Origin: an uncultured virus (IMG/VR IMGVR_UViG_3300011438_000001)
Taxonomy: Duplodnaviria > Heunggongvirae > Uroviricota > Caudoviricetes
Virus record (IMG/VR): IMGVR_UViG_3300011438_000001
Length of the DNA: 64,000 nt
Strand: one strand, 5' to 3'
Shown here one piece after another: positions 47,666 to 57,138 of the stretch. Position 1 is the stretch's first letter, and each line of letters opens with the position of its first letter. Below the pieces are notes generated by a model, which was given only the letters and a program-made list of their open reading frames with translations, did not search any database and was not told the origin of the DNA. Both the position numbers and the translations under genes were made by a program.

Positions 47666-49060
47666 ATGGCCACAGACGTCAGAGACGTTCTTGCATCTCA
47701 AATCGAGTATGTCAACAAGAACATCCAGCATATGTATGAGGAAGGCTCGCAGGTTTGCGACCTAGTCCTTCAGAACCTCCCCGCCCACACCATCAACCGC
47801 CGGCTCGGCCGCTTGATCGTCCAGCAATATCGCGGCGGCAACTGGGGCAAGATGTCGGCCAACGGGACCGGCAACTACGGCCAGGGCACCGGCAACAAGC
47901 AATATGAGCTGAAGTTCGGCGCCTTCTATGCCAAGCGCAACTTCCGCTTCAACGATGAAGTTCGCGACACCACGCAGGGCAACCCGCAAGCGGTTGTTGA
48001 CATCGTCGCAGAGCAGATCGGCGGCGCGATGGCGGATTGCCTCATCGACGACGACGTGGCGTTTCATCAAAGCGGAACTGGCGTCATCTCCTCCCCCACC
48101 AGCCTCCCGGCCGCAACCGGCGCGGGCACTGCTTCGACCACCATCACCTTTGCCGGCGCCACCGACTACTGGGGGATTTCGATGTTCCGCCAGGGCATGT
48201 GCATCGAGTTCTGGTCGCAGGATCTGACAACGAAACGGACCACCTACGCCGATGCGACATTGCCGCTGATCATCGAAGACATCGACTATGCCAACAAGGC
48301 GATCAAGCTGAACCAAGCGGTCACGATCAACCCGGCTGGTTCGCAGGACGTCGCTGTTATTCCAGACATGGATGCGTATGGTCCCTCCACTCTGACCATC
48401 GGCTCCAGCACTTGGCCCGACAACACCGTCGCCGGCGGCTTGTCCGGTGACACCTTCCGCCATGGCATGGATTATGCCCTGTCGGTCAACACGTCGGATT
48501 ACTACCTGGGGCAGCTCAAATCCTCGAAACTTCAACTCCTCTCCAACCGGGTCAATGCCAGCACCGCCTCCCTTTCCTGGAGCCACGGTCGCCAACTGGA
48601 CGATCAGATCCTTACTCGTTCCAGCGACGACAAGCCGGATCATATCGGTCTCGCCAGCCTCGCCCAGGTGAAGGCCATTGAAGATCTCGGCGTCAACCTC
48701 ACCGAATATCGCCTGCAAGGCGGCGGTCTCCAAACCCCCGCCGACCTGATCGCCTACGATCGCAAGTACGGCACGCCCGTGCAATATTGCGGCAAGGCGA
48801 TCTACCGCGACAAACGCCTGAAGAAGGACCGGATCAACTACCTCGACAAGACCACTTGGTTCCGCGCCCAGTTCTTTGAGCGTGGCTTCCTCGACGGTGG
48901 CGACTCGGGCAAGTATCTGTTCCGCGGCCGCATTCCTTCGACGGCTCGCCTCGCAACGTGGCTCGAGTTCATCATCCGCGACTGCTTCGACTTCGTCTGC
49001 AGCTCGCCGATGCGCAACGGCTACATCGATAGCCTTGCGGTTGAAGCCGCTTATGTCTAG
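47666..49060 (+). CDS. major capsid protein
   Basis: 464 aa after the scaffold; strong AAGGA RBS; strongly biased codon use; followed by a terminator. Confidence 0.8.
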   Translation: MATDVRDVLASQIEYVNKNIQHMYEEGSQVCDLVLQNLPAHTINRRLGRLIVQQYRGGNWGKMSANGTGNYGQGTGNKQYELKFGAFYAKRNFRFNDEVRDTTQGNPQAVVDIVAEQIGGAMADCLIDDDVAFHQSGTGVISSPTSLPAATGAGTASTTITFAGATDYWGISMFRQGMCIEFWSQDLTTKRTTYADATLPLIIEDIDYANKAIKLNQAVTINPAGSQDVAVIPDMDAYGPSTLTIGSSTWPDNTVAGGLSGDTFRHGMDYALSVNTSDYYLGQLKSSKLQLLSNRVNASTASLSWSHGRQLDDQILTRSSDDKPDHIGLASLAQVKAIEDLGVNLTEYRLQGGGLQTPADLIAYDRKYGTPVQYCGKAIYRDKRLKKDRINYLDKTTWFRAQFFERGFLDGGDSGKYLFRGRIPSTARLATWLEFIIRDCFDFVCSSPMRNGYIDSLAVEAAYV

Positions 49061-49120
49061 AATCTAGACAAGGCAATCAACGATCGATTCTCTGGTTGAT
49101 TCTCCTTCAGTTGAGAGCAT

Positions 49121-49162
49121 TGGGCAGGTTCACATCTCCTCCGATGGGCCTGCCCATTTTTT
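49121..49162 (+). terminator. intrinsic terminator after the MCP
   Basis: TGGGCAGG...CCTGCCCA followed by TTTTTT. Confidence 0.75.
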
Positions 49163-49166
49163 GCTG

Positions 49167-49195
49167 TTGACTTTGCTTGCCAGATCTGCCAAGCT
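49167..49195 (+). promoter_or_regulatory. promoter TTGACT-17-CAAGCT with operator CTTGCCAGATCTGCCAAG (49176-49193)
   Basis: read directly. Confidence 0.6.
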
Positions 49196-49200
49196 TCTAC

Positions 49201-49295
49201 AAAGCCTTGTAAGATGGGGCTGGGTCGCAGCTTAGCACTTTAGGGCCGTGCTTACCTCCGCGCTGCCGTTGGGTTACTCAGCCCCTAGAGGCTTT
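49201..49295 (+). ncRNA. candidate structured RNA or 5' leader (95-nt rod-like hairpin)
   Basis: four nested helices read directly; begins at the predicted TSS. Confidence 0.4.
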
Positions 49296-49314
49296 GCAGT
49301 TTTGACGAAAATTC

Positions 49315-50163
49315 ATGAGCACAATCGCTGGACCGACGAAATTCCGATCCCCTTCCTTTATCTCTACCCGCACGGGCCGGCGGTCCCCACCCGTCCTTTC
49401 CACGGTGCAGCAGAGAGAGCTGGACAAATCCAACCGCGAACTGGAGATCCAGGGGGGCCATGCGGCGGAAGGCGCGATCCTATTGCGCTGGCTGCACTGT
49501 CTCGATGAGAAGTTTTATCACCCCATGTGCCTGCGCCATGAGGACGGGGCATTTATTTACGATTACCAATGCCAATGCGGCGTTAATATTCGCCACGAGG
49601 ATCACGTAGAAGGTTGCTCCAAGACCTTGCTTCCAGTGAACCGGATCCAGTGGCGCAACGTCGTCTCGCAATGGCTTGGCAAGACTACTTCCACCACCAG
49701 ACCAATCTGGGTCGGCCTTTACAACGGAGATGGTTCTCGAGTAGAGAACCAATATGTTCTCGCACGATGGCTTGCTCCAATGCCTGATGGCTTTGCTCAG
49801 CCAGGAGCCCATAGCGAATTCTACGCCAAGGGCTGCTGGGAGCCGGTCAGCTCCGCCTCCTATCCCGTCGCAACTCCTCCAGGTGAAATCCCCGCGATGG
49901 CCACGACCCGCTACGTCATCTCGACCATCCTGGCTGATGAACGGCGCCGTCTCCAACGGCATGGTGAAGACTCCGCCGTCATGGAGACGATGCGGGAATT
50001 GCACAAAGACACCACCATGCGCCGGATCATTCAAGAGAAGATCAAGGAAGGCAGCAGCGTGATGGGCGGGCTTCCAGGGAAGCGCGGGAATGAAGTGAGC
50101 TGGCCGGTTAGGGCAATGGCCGGGACGGTGTTGCAATCGACGACGCTGGAGGAGAAGAGCTGA
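49315..50163 (+). CDS. hypothetical protein
   Basis: 282 aa ORF in the late operon. Confidence 0.6.
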   Translation: MSTIAGPTKFRSPSFISTRTGRRSPPVLSTVQQRELDKSNRELEIQGGHAAEGAILLRWLHCLDEKFYHPMCLRHEDGAFIYDYQCQCGVNIRHEDHVEGCSKTLLPVNRIQWRNVVSQWLGKTTSTTRPIWVGLYNGDGSRVENQYVLARWLAPMPDGFAQPGAHSEFYAKGCWEPVSSASYPVATPPGEIPAMATTRYVISTILADERRRLQRHGEDSAVMETMRELHKDTTMRRIIQEKIKEGSSVMGGLPGKRGNEVSWPVRAMAGTVLQSTTLEEKS

Positions 50164-50387
50164 TGTTTGCCATGACCGTCGATGGGCTGGCCCGTTGCTA
50201 CAGCATCATGCAAATCGATCATGAACAGGCGCGGGTCTCCTTCACACGCAGGGCTGACCACAATACAAAGACGATCACTATTGACGGTTTTTGTATCCCC
50301 CTTGCGGATGTCGACCATCCCGAAAAGTGGATCGATCGCATCCCCGAAATCGAAATAATTCTAGAGAAAGAATCTAAAGAATCATGA
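50163..50387 (+). CDS. hypothetical protein
   Basis: TGATG and ATGA overlaps on both sides. Confidence 0.55.
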   Translation: MFAMTVDGLARCYSIMQIDHEQARVSFTRRADHNTKTITIDGFCIPLADVDHPEKWIDRIPEIEIILEKESKES

Positions 50388-51421
50388 ACCTCCTCGCCAA
50401 CATGCGGGCTCTTCAACAGGCCCAGACCGCGACCTACCTCCCCACTGGCGGCATTGCTGGTGGCCCAACCGCCCCGCCCCCGCCCGAAGTCCAGGTCCGG
50501 ATCCACAACTCCCCGGCGATCTGGCAGCTCGGCCAGCCGATGCTGGCGCCTTACAACATGGATGGCTCCCCTGCCCCAACAGAAGGCCTCATTCCCTCTC
50601 TCAACCAAGTCCATGGCCTGCTGGTCGAGCACCCCGCCGGCGGCTCCCCGCGGCTCCCCAACCGCGATCCCCGCCCTTATATCGTGATCTGCTCGGTCTA
50701 TCCTGCTCCACTAGCCAGCGAGCCATTCCACCAGATCCATTCCATCCCTCGCTTCTTCTTCGAAGCCGTCCCCCGCGGGCAATTCCGCTCGATGCGCATC
50801 TACCAGTCCAAAACGGTCCAGCGTGATCTAACGATAGAAGACGAAGCCCATGGCATTTTCGACACCGACATGCGAGCCCTGGGGAACGACATCATCCGCC
50901 ACGTTGCCCAAGGGATGCCCGGGTCTAGAGAAGGCACCTGCCAGCCCGGGGTCATGATGCTCCCTGGGGACGTTCCGACCTGGGAAGAATTCCAGTTGAT
51001 GCGGGCGATGCAACTGGAATGGTTCAGGGCTCGTGTCAAGGAAGCCGACGGTTGGCATGCCAAGGCTGAAGCTGGGCTGAAACCTGAAGGCATGGTCTCG
51101 CGTTGGCATCACGAAGCCCTTGAAGCATTAGGCGACTTCGACCCGTCCCGCCATCGCTGGTATCAGGAGATCAAGGAGACGGCGTTGAAGCAGTGCATGG
51201 CCTGCGGCCGGTCGATGCCGGCGGTTGCGGCCGTTCACTCCCCGTCAACCGGTGGATGCGGGCAGAATCTTCTTGCTTTCTACCGGGAATCGATGTTCTC
51301 GGCGGATGAAGTTAAAGTCATCGACCCGGTGCTGGCGCCTCGTTACGAGAGCATTCTGCAGCGATTGGCTGCAACTTACGGCCAAGGGGCTGGACCGGCG
51401 GCGGTTGGCCAGCCGATCTAG
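50384..51421 (+). CDS. hypothetical protein with C-terminal CMAC Zn-finger-like motif
   Basis: 345 aa ORF. Confidence 0.6.
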   Translation: MNLLANMRALQQAQTATYLPTGGIAGGPTAPPPPEVQVRIHNSPAIWQLGQPMLAPYNMDGSPAPTEGLIPSLNQVHGLLVEHPAGGSPRLPNRDPRPYIVICSVYPAPLASEPFHQIHSIPRFFFEAVPRGQFRSMRIYQSKTVQRDLTIEDEAHGIFDTDMRALGNDIIRHVAQGMPGSREGTCQPGVMMLPGDVPTWEEFQLMRAMQLEWFRARVKEADGWHAKAEAGLKPEGMVSRWHHEALEALGDFDPSRHRWYQEIKETALKQCMACGRSMPAVAAVHSPSTGGCGQNLLAFYRESMFSADEVKVIDPVLAPRYESILQRLAATYGQGAGPAAVGQPI

Positions 51422-51456
51422 CCAATTTGGTGGAAGGGAGTAAGCTATAGAGGATC

Positions 51457-52542
51457 ATGTCGTCAACCTTCATTGGTCCCGATCCGCCTCTCTCGGCCGC
51501 GGCAACTTCAGCCGGCGCCCCAGACCCTTTCTCAACCTCCCTTCCCACCTCCCTCTCCGTCTACCGCGCCGCCCGCGCCCTTCTCGGCGACGACCATTCC
51601 CTCGACGGCGCCGACCTTGACGACGGTGGCGAGCGGTGGAATAATGCGACTCTACGTCCCCATCTCTCCAAAGCCCTACGCGACCTCCATGCCTATTGCA
51701 CCGCTCAAGCGATCCCCTGGACGCGCAAGACCCAGTTCGTCCACTGGGGGCCTTATACTAAAAATCTACCGCCCCAGCTCTACGGCTTGATCGACATGGC
51801 CATCCCGATCGACATCGGGAGTCGTCCGGTCGTCCCTGTCAACAAAATCAAGATCTCCTCGATCGCCCTCTCGACCGGCCCCGCAGGAGCAACAGAAGGG
51901 GTTGCGAAAATAACCCCGGAGGTCGTCCCGCATCCTTTCCGCACCGGTTACCCCGTCACCATCTCTGGCGTCAGGGGATTTCCATCCCTCATCAACGATC
52001 TCTGGATGGTCGTTAACGACGAGCCTGAGGATGGTTCAATAACCGATGCGCCTTCCCACTTCTTCATCAATGGTTGCCCGGCGCGGCCATCGCAATCCAT
52101 TGCCCCCGATTCTTACTACGCCAAAGCCTATGCTTATTGGTCCCAGGACCGGTTCATCAAGGTGGATCAGAAGGACGAGGAGACCATGCGGGCTTATGCG
52201 ATGCGAGTTCCCGCACCCCAACCTTATGGGTGGCATTGGAGAAACTCGACCCTTGAACTGACCCCGACCAACGTCGAAGTTCAGCTCGCCATCACCTACT
52301 ATTGCTCCTCGACTCTCCCCACGTCTATCTACGAGAATATCGGCATCGAGAATTCCACCGACTATCTCGCCTCCATAACGGCTGCAGGAGCAATGGGTCC
52401 GATCTCCCCATCTCTTGCCGGCGACCACATGGCCCAGGCGATGGAGTCTTTAAAACTCCTGCGCAATCCTCAAGTGCGCCAGAAGCAGATGCTACCAATC
52501 GACCGGCCGTCGCAATACCCGGCCCGCCGGCATAAATTTTAG
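51457..52542 (+). CDS. head-tail adaptor/tail tubular A-like protein with inserted FCCH-like barrel
   Basis: RAARALLGD...WNNATLRPHLSKA; WHWRNSTLELTP; PHPFRTGYPVTISGV insert. Confidence 0.6.
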   Translation: MSSTFIGPDPPLSAAATSAGAPDPFSTSLPTSLSVYRAARALLGDDHSLDGADLDDGGERWNNATLRPHLSKALRDLHAYCTAQAIPWTRKTQFVHWGPYTKNLPPQLYGLIDMAIPIDIGSRPVVPVNKIKISSIALSTGPAGATEGVAKITPEVVPHPFRTGYPVTISGVRGFPSLINDLWMVVNDEPEDGSITDAPSHFFINGCPARPSQSIAPDSYYAKAYAYWSQDRFIKVDQKDEETMRAYAMRVPAPQPYGWHWRNSTLELTPTNVEVQLAITYYCSSTLPTSIYENIGIENSTDYLASITAAGAMGPISPSLAGDHMAQAMESLKLLRNPQVRQKQMLPIDRPSQYPARRHKF

Positions 52543-52622
52543 AATCGCCATGAATTTAGGGCTCTAGGATGTCATGGAAAAAGCAATGGTGTTGCAACAG
52601 ATTCTTTGTTAAGCTTAGCCGC

Positions 52623-52934
52623 ATGACCGGACTTGAAGCCCTCAAACTCCGCCAGAAGATCGAGCGAACCGTGCTCGGTCTAAAGCATGCGGTCCAGCGG
52701 GCCGAATTTTCGAGAAAGGAAGAAATGGCAGACGTAAATCAGGAAATCGAAGACTTCTTGACCCAGATGGACGCCGCAACCACCGCGGTTGCAAGTCGCA
52801 TCGAGGCAATCCTGGCTGGCGTGTCGCTAACCCCGGAGACCCGGGCGCGGCTGGCTACTGAGCTGGCTGACCTGCGGGCGCTGGCTGCGGATCCAACCAA
52901 CCCGGTTCCGCCTCCGTCCAACCCCAGCGTTTAG
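52623..52934 (+). CDS. coiled-coil hypothetical protein (alternative start 52725)
   Basis: extended -10 eight bases before 52623; RBS before 52725. Confidence 0.55.
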   Translation: MTGLEALKLRQKIERTVLGLKHAVQRAEFSRKEEMADVNQEIEDFLTQMDAATTAVASRIEAILAGVSLTPETRARLATELADLRALAADPTNPVPPPSNPSV

Positions 52935-53041
52935 TTGGGGATCTATGCAATCCGTTCAGGGGCGGGTTCTGAAGTTCCAACCCCCGCCCCAACCCATTCT
53001 CCAGATCACTCCACTTCGATCGAAACGAAAGGATCTAAACC

Positions 53042-53359
53042 ATGGCTCAAGCCATTACCGTCCTCGGCGCCAAATACGGTGCATCCGGCGGCATCGATTT
53101 CCAGATCGTCCTGACCGCCGACACCTACACGATCACCACCGGCATCAACGTCATCGTCCTTCCTTATCTCTCCCAACTTTCCTGGGAGAACATCTCCATC
53201 ATCCTGGGCAGCTCATCCCTGGGCCACTCTGTTGTTGCATCCAAATCGGCCACCAGAGGCACCATCAACATCCGGCTGTGGAACGCCGCAGTCGAAGAAG
53301 CAACTGGTGCGCTGACCGGCACCATCAAGTTGCAATGCACGATTCGGCCGAAACGCTAG
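53042..53359 (+). CDS. small beta-rich virion-like protein
   Basis: AAAGGA RBS; MAQAITV start. Confidence 0.55.
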   Translation: MAQAITVLGAKYGASGGIDFQIVLTADTYTITTGINVIVLPYLSQLSWENISIILGSSSLGHSVVASKSATRGTINIRLWNAAVEEATGALTGTIKLQCTIRPKR

Positions 53360-53535
53360 TGCTTTCAAAAGCACTAGTGTCTTAGCCAAACCCTTTGTGC
53401 CAACCGCTGCTAGGTCATGAGCCCCAGCAGCGGCACACAAACCTGGGGAAAGGGGTCCACTCACCACCCGTGGACAGCGGCGCGTGCTCGGCCCCGTTCC
53501 TCTTGTTTTCGTCAACTCCCTTGGAGGAAATCAAA

Positions 53536-54267
53536 ATGAAGTTCAGCAAGCGTCTCCTGACGGTTCTAGCCGTCAGCATTCTCTCTTCTTTGGCGTCCTT
53601 GCCTCTGCAAGCCACCGCTCTCTCAACTCTCATCCCCGGTGGCGTCATCACTGACGGCCCCATCACCTATTCCGACTTCACCTTCACCCGCACCTGCCAG
53701 CCGGCCTTGACAGGTCTATGTGCGCCCCTGGACGCTTCCGGCCTGGATGTTTCGCTGATCGCGGGTGGGATCCAGATCGCCGGCGGAATTTCCGTCACCT
53801 CCCCCACTGGCACTCTAGTGGTCGGTGATTTTCTAATCGGCTTCACCTACACCGGTCCTTCGCCGGTCACCGACGTCGGCCTCGCCTTCAACGGCTCCAC
53901 CCAAGGCAACGGATCCTTCGCCCAGGTTGTCGAATCGATCATCGTCAACCAAACCGTCGAGGCGCAATTGGAGGTGAACGCGCCGCTTGGTCCATGGTCA
54001 ACCACCCTGCATCTGGACGATCCCCTCAAGTCATTCGACGTGATCAAGGATATTCAATTGGGCGCCTTTGAGTCCAATGGGTTCCTGGCGCTCTCGACAA
54101 TCTCGTTCGTTCATCAGTACTACTTCGCCCCAACCATCGACCCCCGGTGCGTCGGCGACCAGTGTCCGGATGTCCCAGAGCCCAGCACTTTTGCGCTGAT
54201 CGGCCTGGGGTTGGTCGGCGCCGGCGTCTTTAGACTGGCTCGACATAACGATTCCGTTGGGAGATAA
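53536..54267 (+). CDS. secreted PEP-CTERM sorting-domain protein
   Basis: signal peptide ending LQA; C-terminal VPEPSTFALIGLGLVGAGVFRLAR; GGAGG RBS. Confidence 0.88.
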   Translation: MKFSKRLLTVLAVSILSSLASLPLQATALSTLIPGGVITDGPITYSDFTFTRTCQPALTGLCAPLDASGLDVSLIAGGIQIAGGISVTSPTGTLVVGDFLIGFTYTGPSPVTDVGLAFNGSTQGNGSFAQVVESIIVNQTVEAQLEVNAPLGPWSTTLHLDDPLKSFDVIKDIQLGAFESNGFLALSTISFVHQYYFAPTIDPRCVGDQCPDVPEPSTFALIGLGLVGAGVFRLARHNDSVGR

Positions 54268-54339
54268 TATCCCCAACCGTTCGTAGTCTTTGTCTTCGTA
54301 ATCCAATAGGGATCGGGGACTGCGCGGTTCGAAGCAAAA

Positions 54340-56565
54340 ATGGAAGAACAACTTCGCATCCTCGAATCAGCTCAGTCCCAATCCCTCACCGATTTCACTG
54401 GCGCCTCTCTGATGGCCGACGACCGGCAGGGCGCGATGGAATCCCTGAACGTCGTCTTCGCCGAGAAGACCGTACAGACCCGCCCGGGCTTCACGCCGTT
54501 CTTCACTCCTGGTCCATCTGCCTCCCTCTTGACCGCTGGCCCCCGTCGGATCAACACGCTGATCCCATGGGATGCGCAATCCAGCGCCAACCGGCTCCTC
54601 TACCTCTGGATGGATCCCCCCACCGGCGGGCCTAAAGTCGTCTCGCGAACCCTCGATGGACTTGCCGCCGATGACGAATGGGAACTCGCCACGATGCCGG
54701 CTGACACCTCGGCCATCACTGCTGCGTTTCTGGGTGGCCGGGTCTTCTTTGCCGGCGTCGGCGGCGGTCCTTACGGAACGTCTGGAGGATATGTCTGGGA
54801 CGGCAACATCGTCTCTGGCTTCCCATCCGTTGACCCACTCTTTCAACGACCCTTTCTAACTTCTGAACTCTCCCTTGGCGTTGTGGCAACCGCCGTCGCC
54901 CCGGGCGAATACCCACTGACCGCCGGCGACCACGCGATCGCCGTCGTCGTCACGACCCGCAACGGCCACGCGACAGGCGTCTCGCCGACCGACACAACGT
55001 TTGTGGTCGTCCCATTGATCTTCACCGCAGACGGCGTCAGTGCCTACACCCTGACGGCCACGCCCGCCAGCACATGGCCGACCTGGGCTTACTCCATCCA
55101 AGCTGTGATGTCGCCCATCACCAATCTAGAAAAGCTTTACTATGTTCCGCAGGGGCTCTATCAAGTCCTGATTGCTTTTGGGACATCCTCCCCAGCGACG
55201 ATGCACATCGCCATCACCGACTCGGAACTCCAGGGGACCGGCACCGCCACCGCCCGCGAAGTCGAGGATCTTTCCCAGCAGTTGAGAATCTCGATCGCCA
55301 ACCAGCCGCCGATCTATCCTGCTCTCATTCGCGAAGGCCCCGACGGCCGGATGGCTTATCTATCCCTAGTCTCCAACGACCTGCTCGACATCCAATCAGC
55401 GGTCTTTATCTCCGACCCCAACCATCCACAGACGATGACTTACGATCGCAACATGATCCAGCTGAAGGGATTTCGCAAAATCTCCAGCATGGTCTGGTTC
55501 GGCAATACCCTGGTGATGTTTGGGCCTAACTCGACAACCTTGCGTCTTGCCACTGGCGATTTCCCTGTTGAATGGCCGGCAGAAGAGGGGATCGACGGCG
55601 GGATCGGCACTCCATTCATCTATGGTGTGACCAGCGATTCCTCCCGTGGTTATTTACTGGTGGCTCATAAATCTGGCCTGCACAAATTTGCCGGCAACGC
55701 TTACGATCGTATTCCTTTGTCCCAGCGCCAGGGACGGCACGATTGGGACGCCATCAATTGGGCGGCACCTACTGCTGCCCTGGAGATCCACGAGATCGTC
55801 GATCTTTGTTTGATCGTTGTCAAGGCACCAATCATCGAGCCTGGGCTTGCTTTGCCCACGGTCGCCACGCATCTGCTCGTCTGGGATTATTCAGACGGGA
55901 TGGACCCCTACCGGATTAGATATTCGGCTTTTAAGATTGGTGCTCCCAATGGCGCCGGCATCAATGGTGGACCGGATATGGGAATCGGCGGAATCGCTTT
56001 TGGGCTTGATTCCTCATCTGCCCGCAAATCACTTTGGATCGCCCGCGGGGATGCGGCTTCTGTTGTTTCAAGATGGCTTGATGCAAATCTCGATAATGAC
56101 CCCGCAATTCTGGGCGAGGATGATGTCTCGGCCAACCATAACTTCTATCTCGACGGCGTCAACACCGACGGGACCGGCATTCCGTTTCTTTCCTCCTACA
56201 CCACTAAGAAATTTCTATCTCCAGTGGGACTGGCCGATTGGATCGCCACAAAATTCTGCCTGCGGGGCGGGCCGATCACGACAGTCGATGGAAGCCCCAT
56301 TGGAAAGACATGGCTCTATGCGGTCGCCTGGGCCGGCAGCTTTGCCAATGGTCCATCGGCCCGCCCGACGGTTGTTGCCCTGCGATCGTTCATCAACACG
56401 GCCCAGACTTCTCTAAAGGACTCCTGGCCATTCCGCCTCATCAACCTTCCAAAGAGCGAAACTTTCTCGCTCAAGGTCTCCAACGGGCGGGTTGCCAAGG
56501 CATGGTGGAAGATGACGACAGAGGTGAAGGTCTGGTTCAATCCCTGGGGCAGAGGGGGGAGCTAG
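54340..56565 (+). CDS. tail nozzle / tail tubular B-like beta-propeller protein
   Basis: SLNVVF...VQTRPGF start, VFISDP.HP, GGIGT; size and position before the fibre. Confidence 0.65.
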   Translation: MEEQLRILESAQSQSLTDFTGASLMADDRQGAMESLNVVFAEKTVQTRPGFTPFFTPGPSASLLTAGPRRINTLIPWDAQSSANRLLYLWMDPPTGGPKVVSRTLDGLAADDEWELATMPADTSAITAAFLGGRVFFAGVGGGPYGTSGGYVWDGNIVSGFPSVDPLFQRPFLTSELSLGVVATAVAPGEYPLTAGDHAIAVVVTTRNGHATGVSPTDTTFVVVPLIFTADGVSAYTLTATPASTWPTWAYSIQAVMSPITNLEKLYYVPQGLYQVLIAFGTSSPATMHIAITDSELQGTGTATAREVEDLSQQLRISIANQPPIYPALIREGPDGRMAYLSLVSNDLLDIQSAVFISDPNHPQTMTYDRNMIQLKGFRKISSMVWFGNTLVMFGPNSTTLRLATGDFPVEWPAEEGIDGGIGTPFIYGVTSDSSRGYLLVAHKSGLHKFAGNAYDRIPLSQRQGRHDWDAINWAAPTAALEIHEIVDLCLIVVKAPIIEPGLALPTVATHLLVWDYSDGMDPYRIRYSAFKIGAPNGAGINGGPDMGIGGIAFGLDSSSARKSLWIARGDAASVVSRWLDANLDNDPAILGEDDVSANHNFYLDGVNTDGTGIPFLSSYTTKKFLSPVGLADWIATKFCLRGGPITTVDGSPIGKTWLYAVAWAGSFANGPSARPTVVALRSFINTAQTSLKDSWPFRLINLPKSETFSLKVSNGRVAKAWWKMTTEVKVWFNPWGRGGS

Positions 56566-56571
56566 AAACCA

Positions 56572-57138
56572 ATGCCAGTTCTTGACCTAGCCCGCGAGAT
56601 TCGGCAGCTGGCGGTTGATCCGGGGGCTGGCGAGCCCCGCGGCAATGTGGATGGCCTGGGCAATGGCAACGGCCGGCAGGGTCCACGTCCCCCTGCCGGC
56701 AACGGAGCATCTAATGGCCCCCCTGCCGGGCAGCGCCACGCCAACGATCCCAACTCGGTTCGCATCCTGCTCTTTCAAGCCCTGCGCAAGATGCAAGCCT
56801 GGGCGAATGCTCCAGAGGCTGTTGTCGCAGCAACAACCGCAACTGCCGCCCCAACTCCATCCACCGTCCAAGTCGTCCAGGACGTCTTCCTGGTTGCCTC
56901 AACCCTCACCACGGTCGTGCCGGCCGCAGCCGCAACCGAAGGCGCATCCCTTGATGTCTTTGTACGCCAGCCCCTGACCGGCACCCCAGGATCGGTGGCG
57001 TTTAATAGTGGATTTAGATTGACGCCATCCAACATTGCGCAGACCTTGGGAAGCTGGAGCGTCTTCAGCTTTGTCGGCAAGGCAGATGGGAAGTGGTGGC
57101 TGAGGACCAACATCCGGACGGGAGTTTTTTATTCATGA
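56572..57138 (+). CDS. putative tail fibre docking/adapter protein
   Basis: between nozzle and fibre; fibre-like C-terminal domain. Confidence 0.5.
   Translation: MPVLDLAREIRQLAVDPGAGEPRGNVDGLGNGNGRQGPRPPAGNGASNGPPAGQRHANDPNSVRILLFQALRKMQAWANAPEAVVAATTATAAPTPSTVQVVQDVFLVASTLTTVVPAAAATEGASLDVFVRQPLTGTPGSVAFNSGFRLTPSNIAQTLGSWSVFSFVGKADGKWWLRTNIRTGVFYS

Noticed and set aside
47762..48784. Long antisense ORFs (also 35621..36574, 11956..12846, 7918..8709)
   Set aside because: Shadow frames of GC-rich genes with strong codon bias
54305..54340. tRNA (GGTTCGAA T-loop-like sequence)
   Set aside because: No cloverleaf or acceptor stem can be formed
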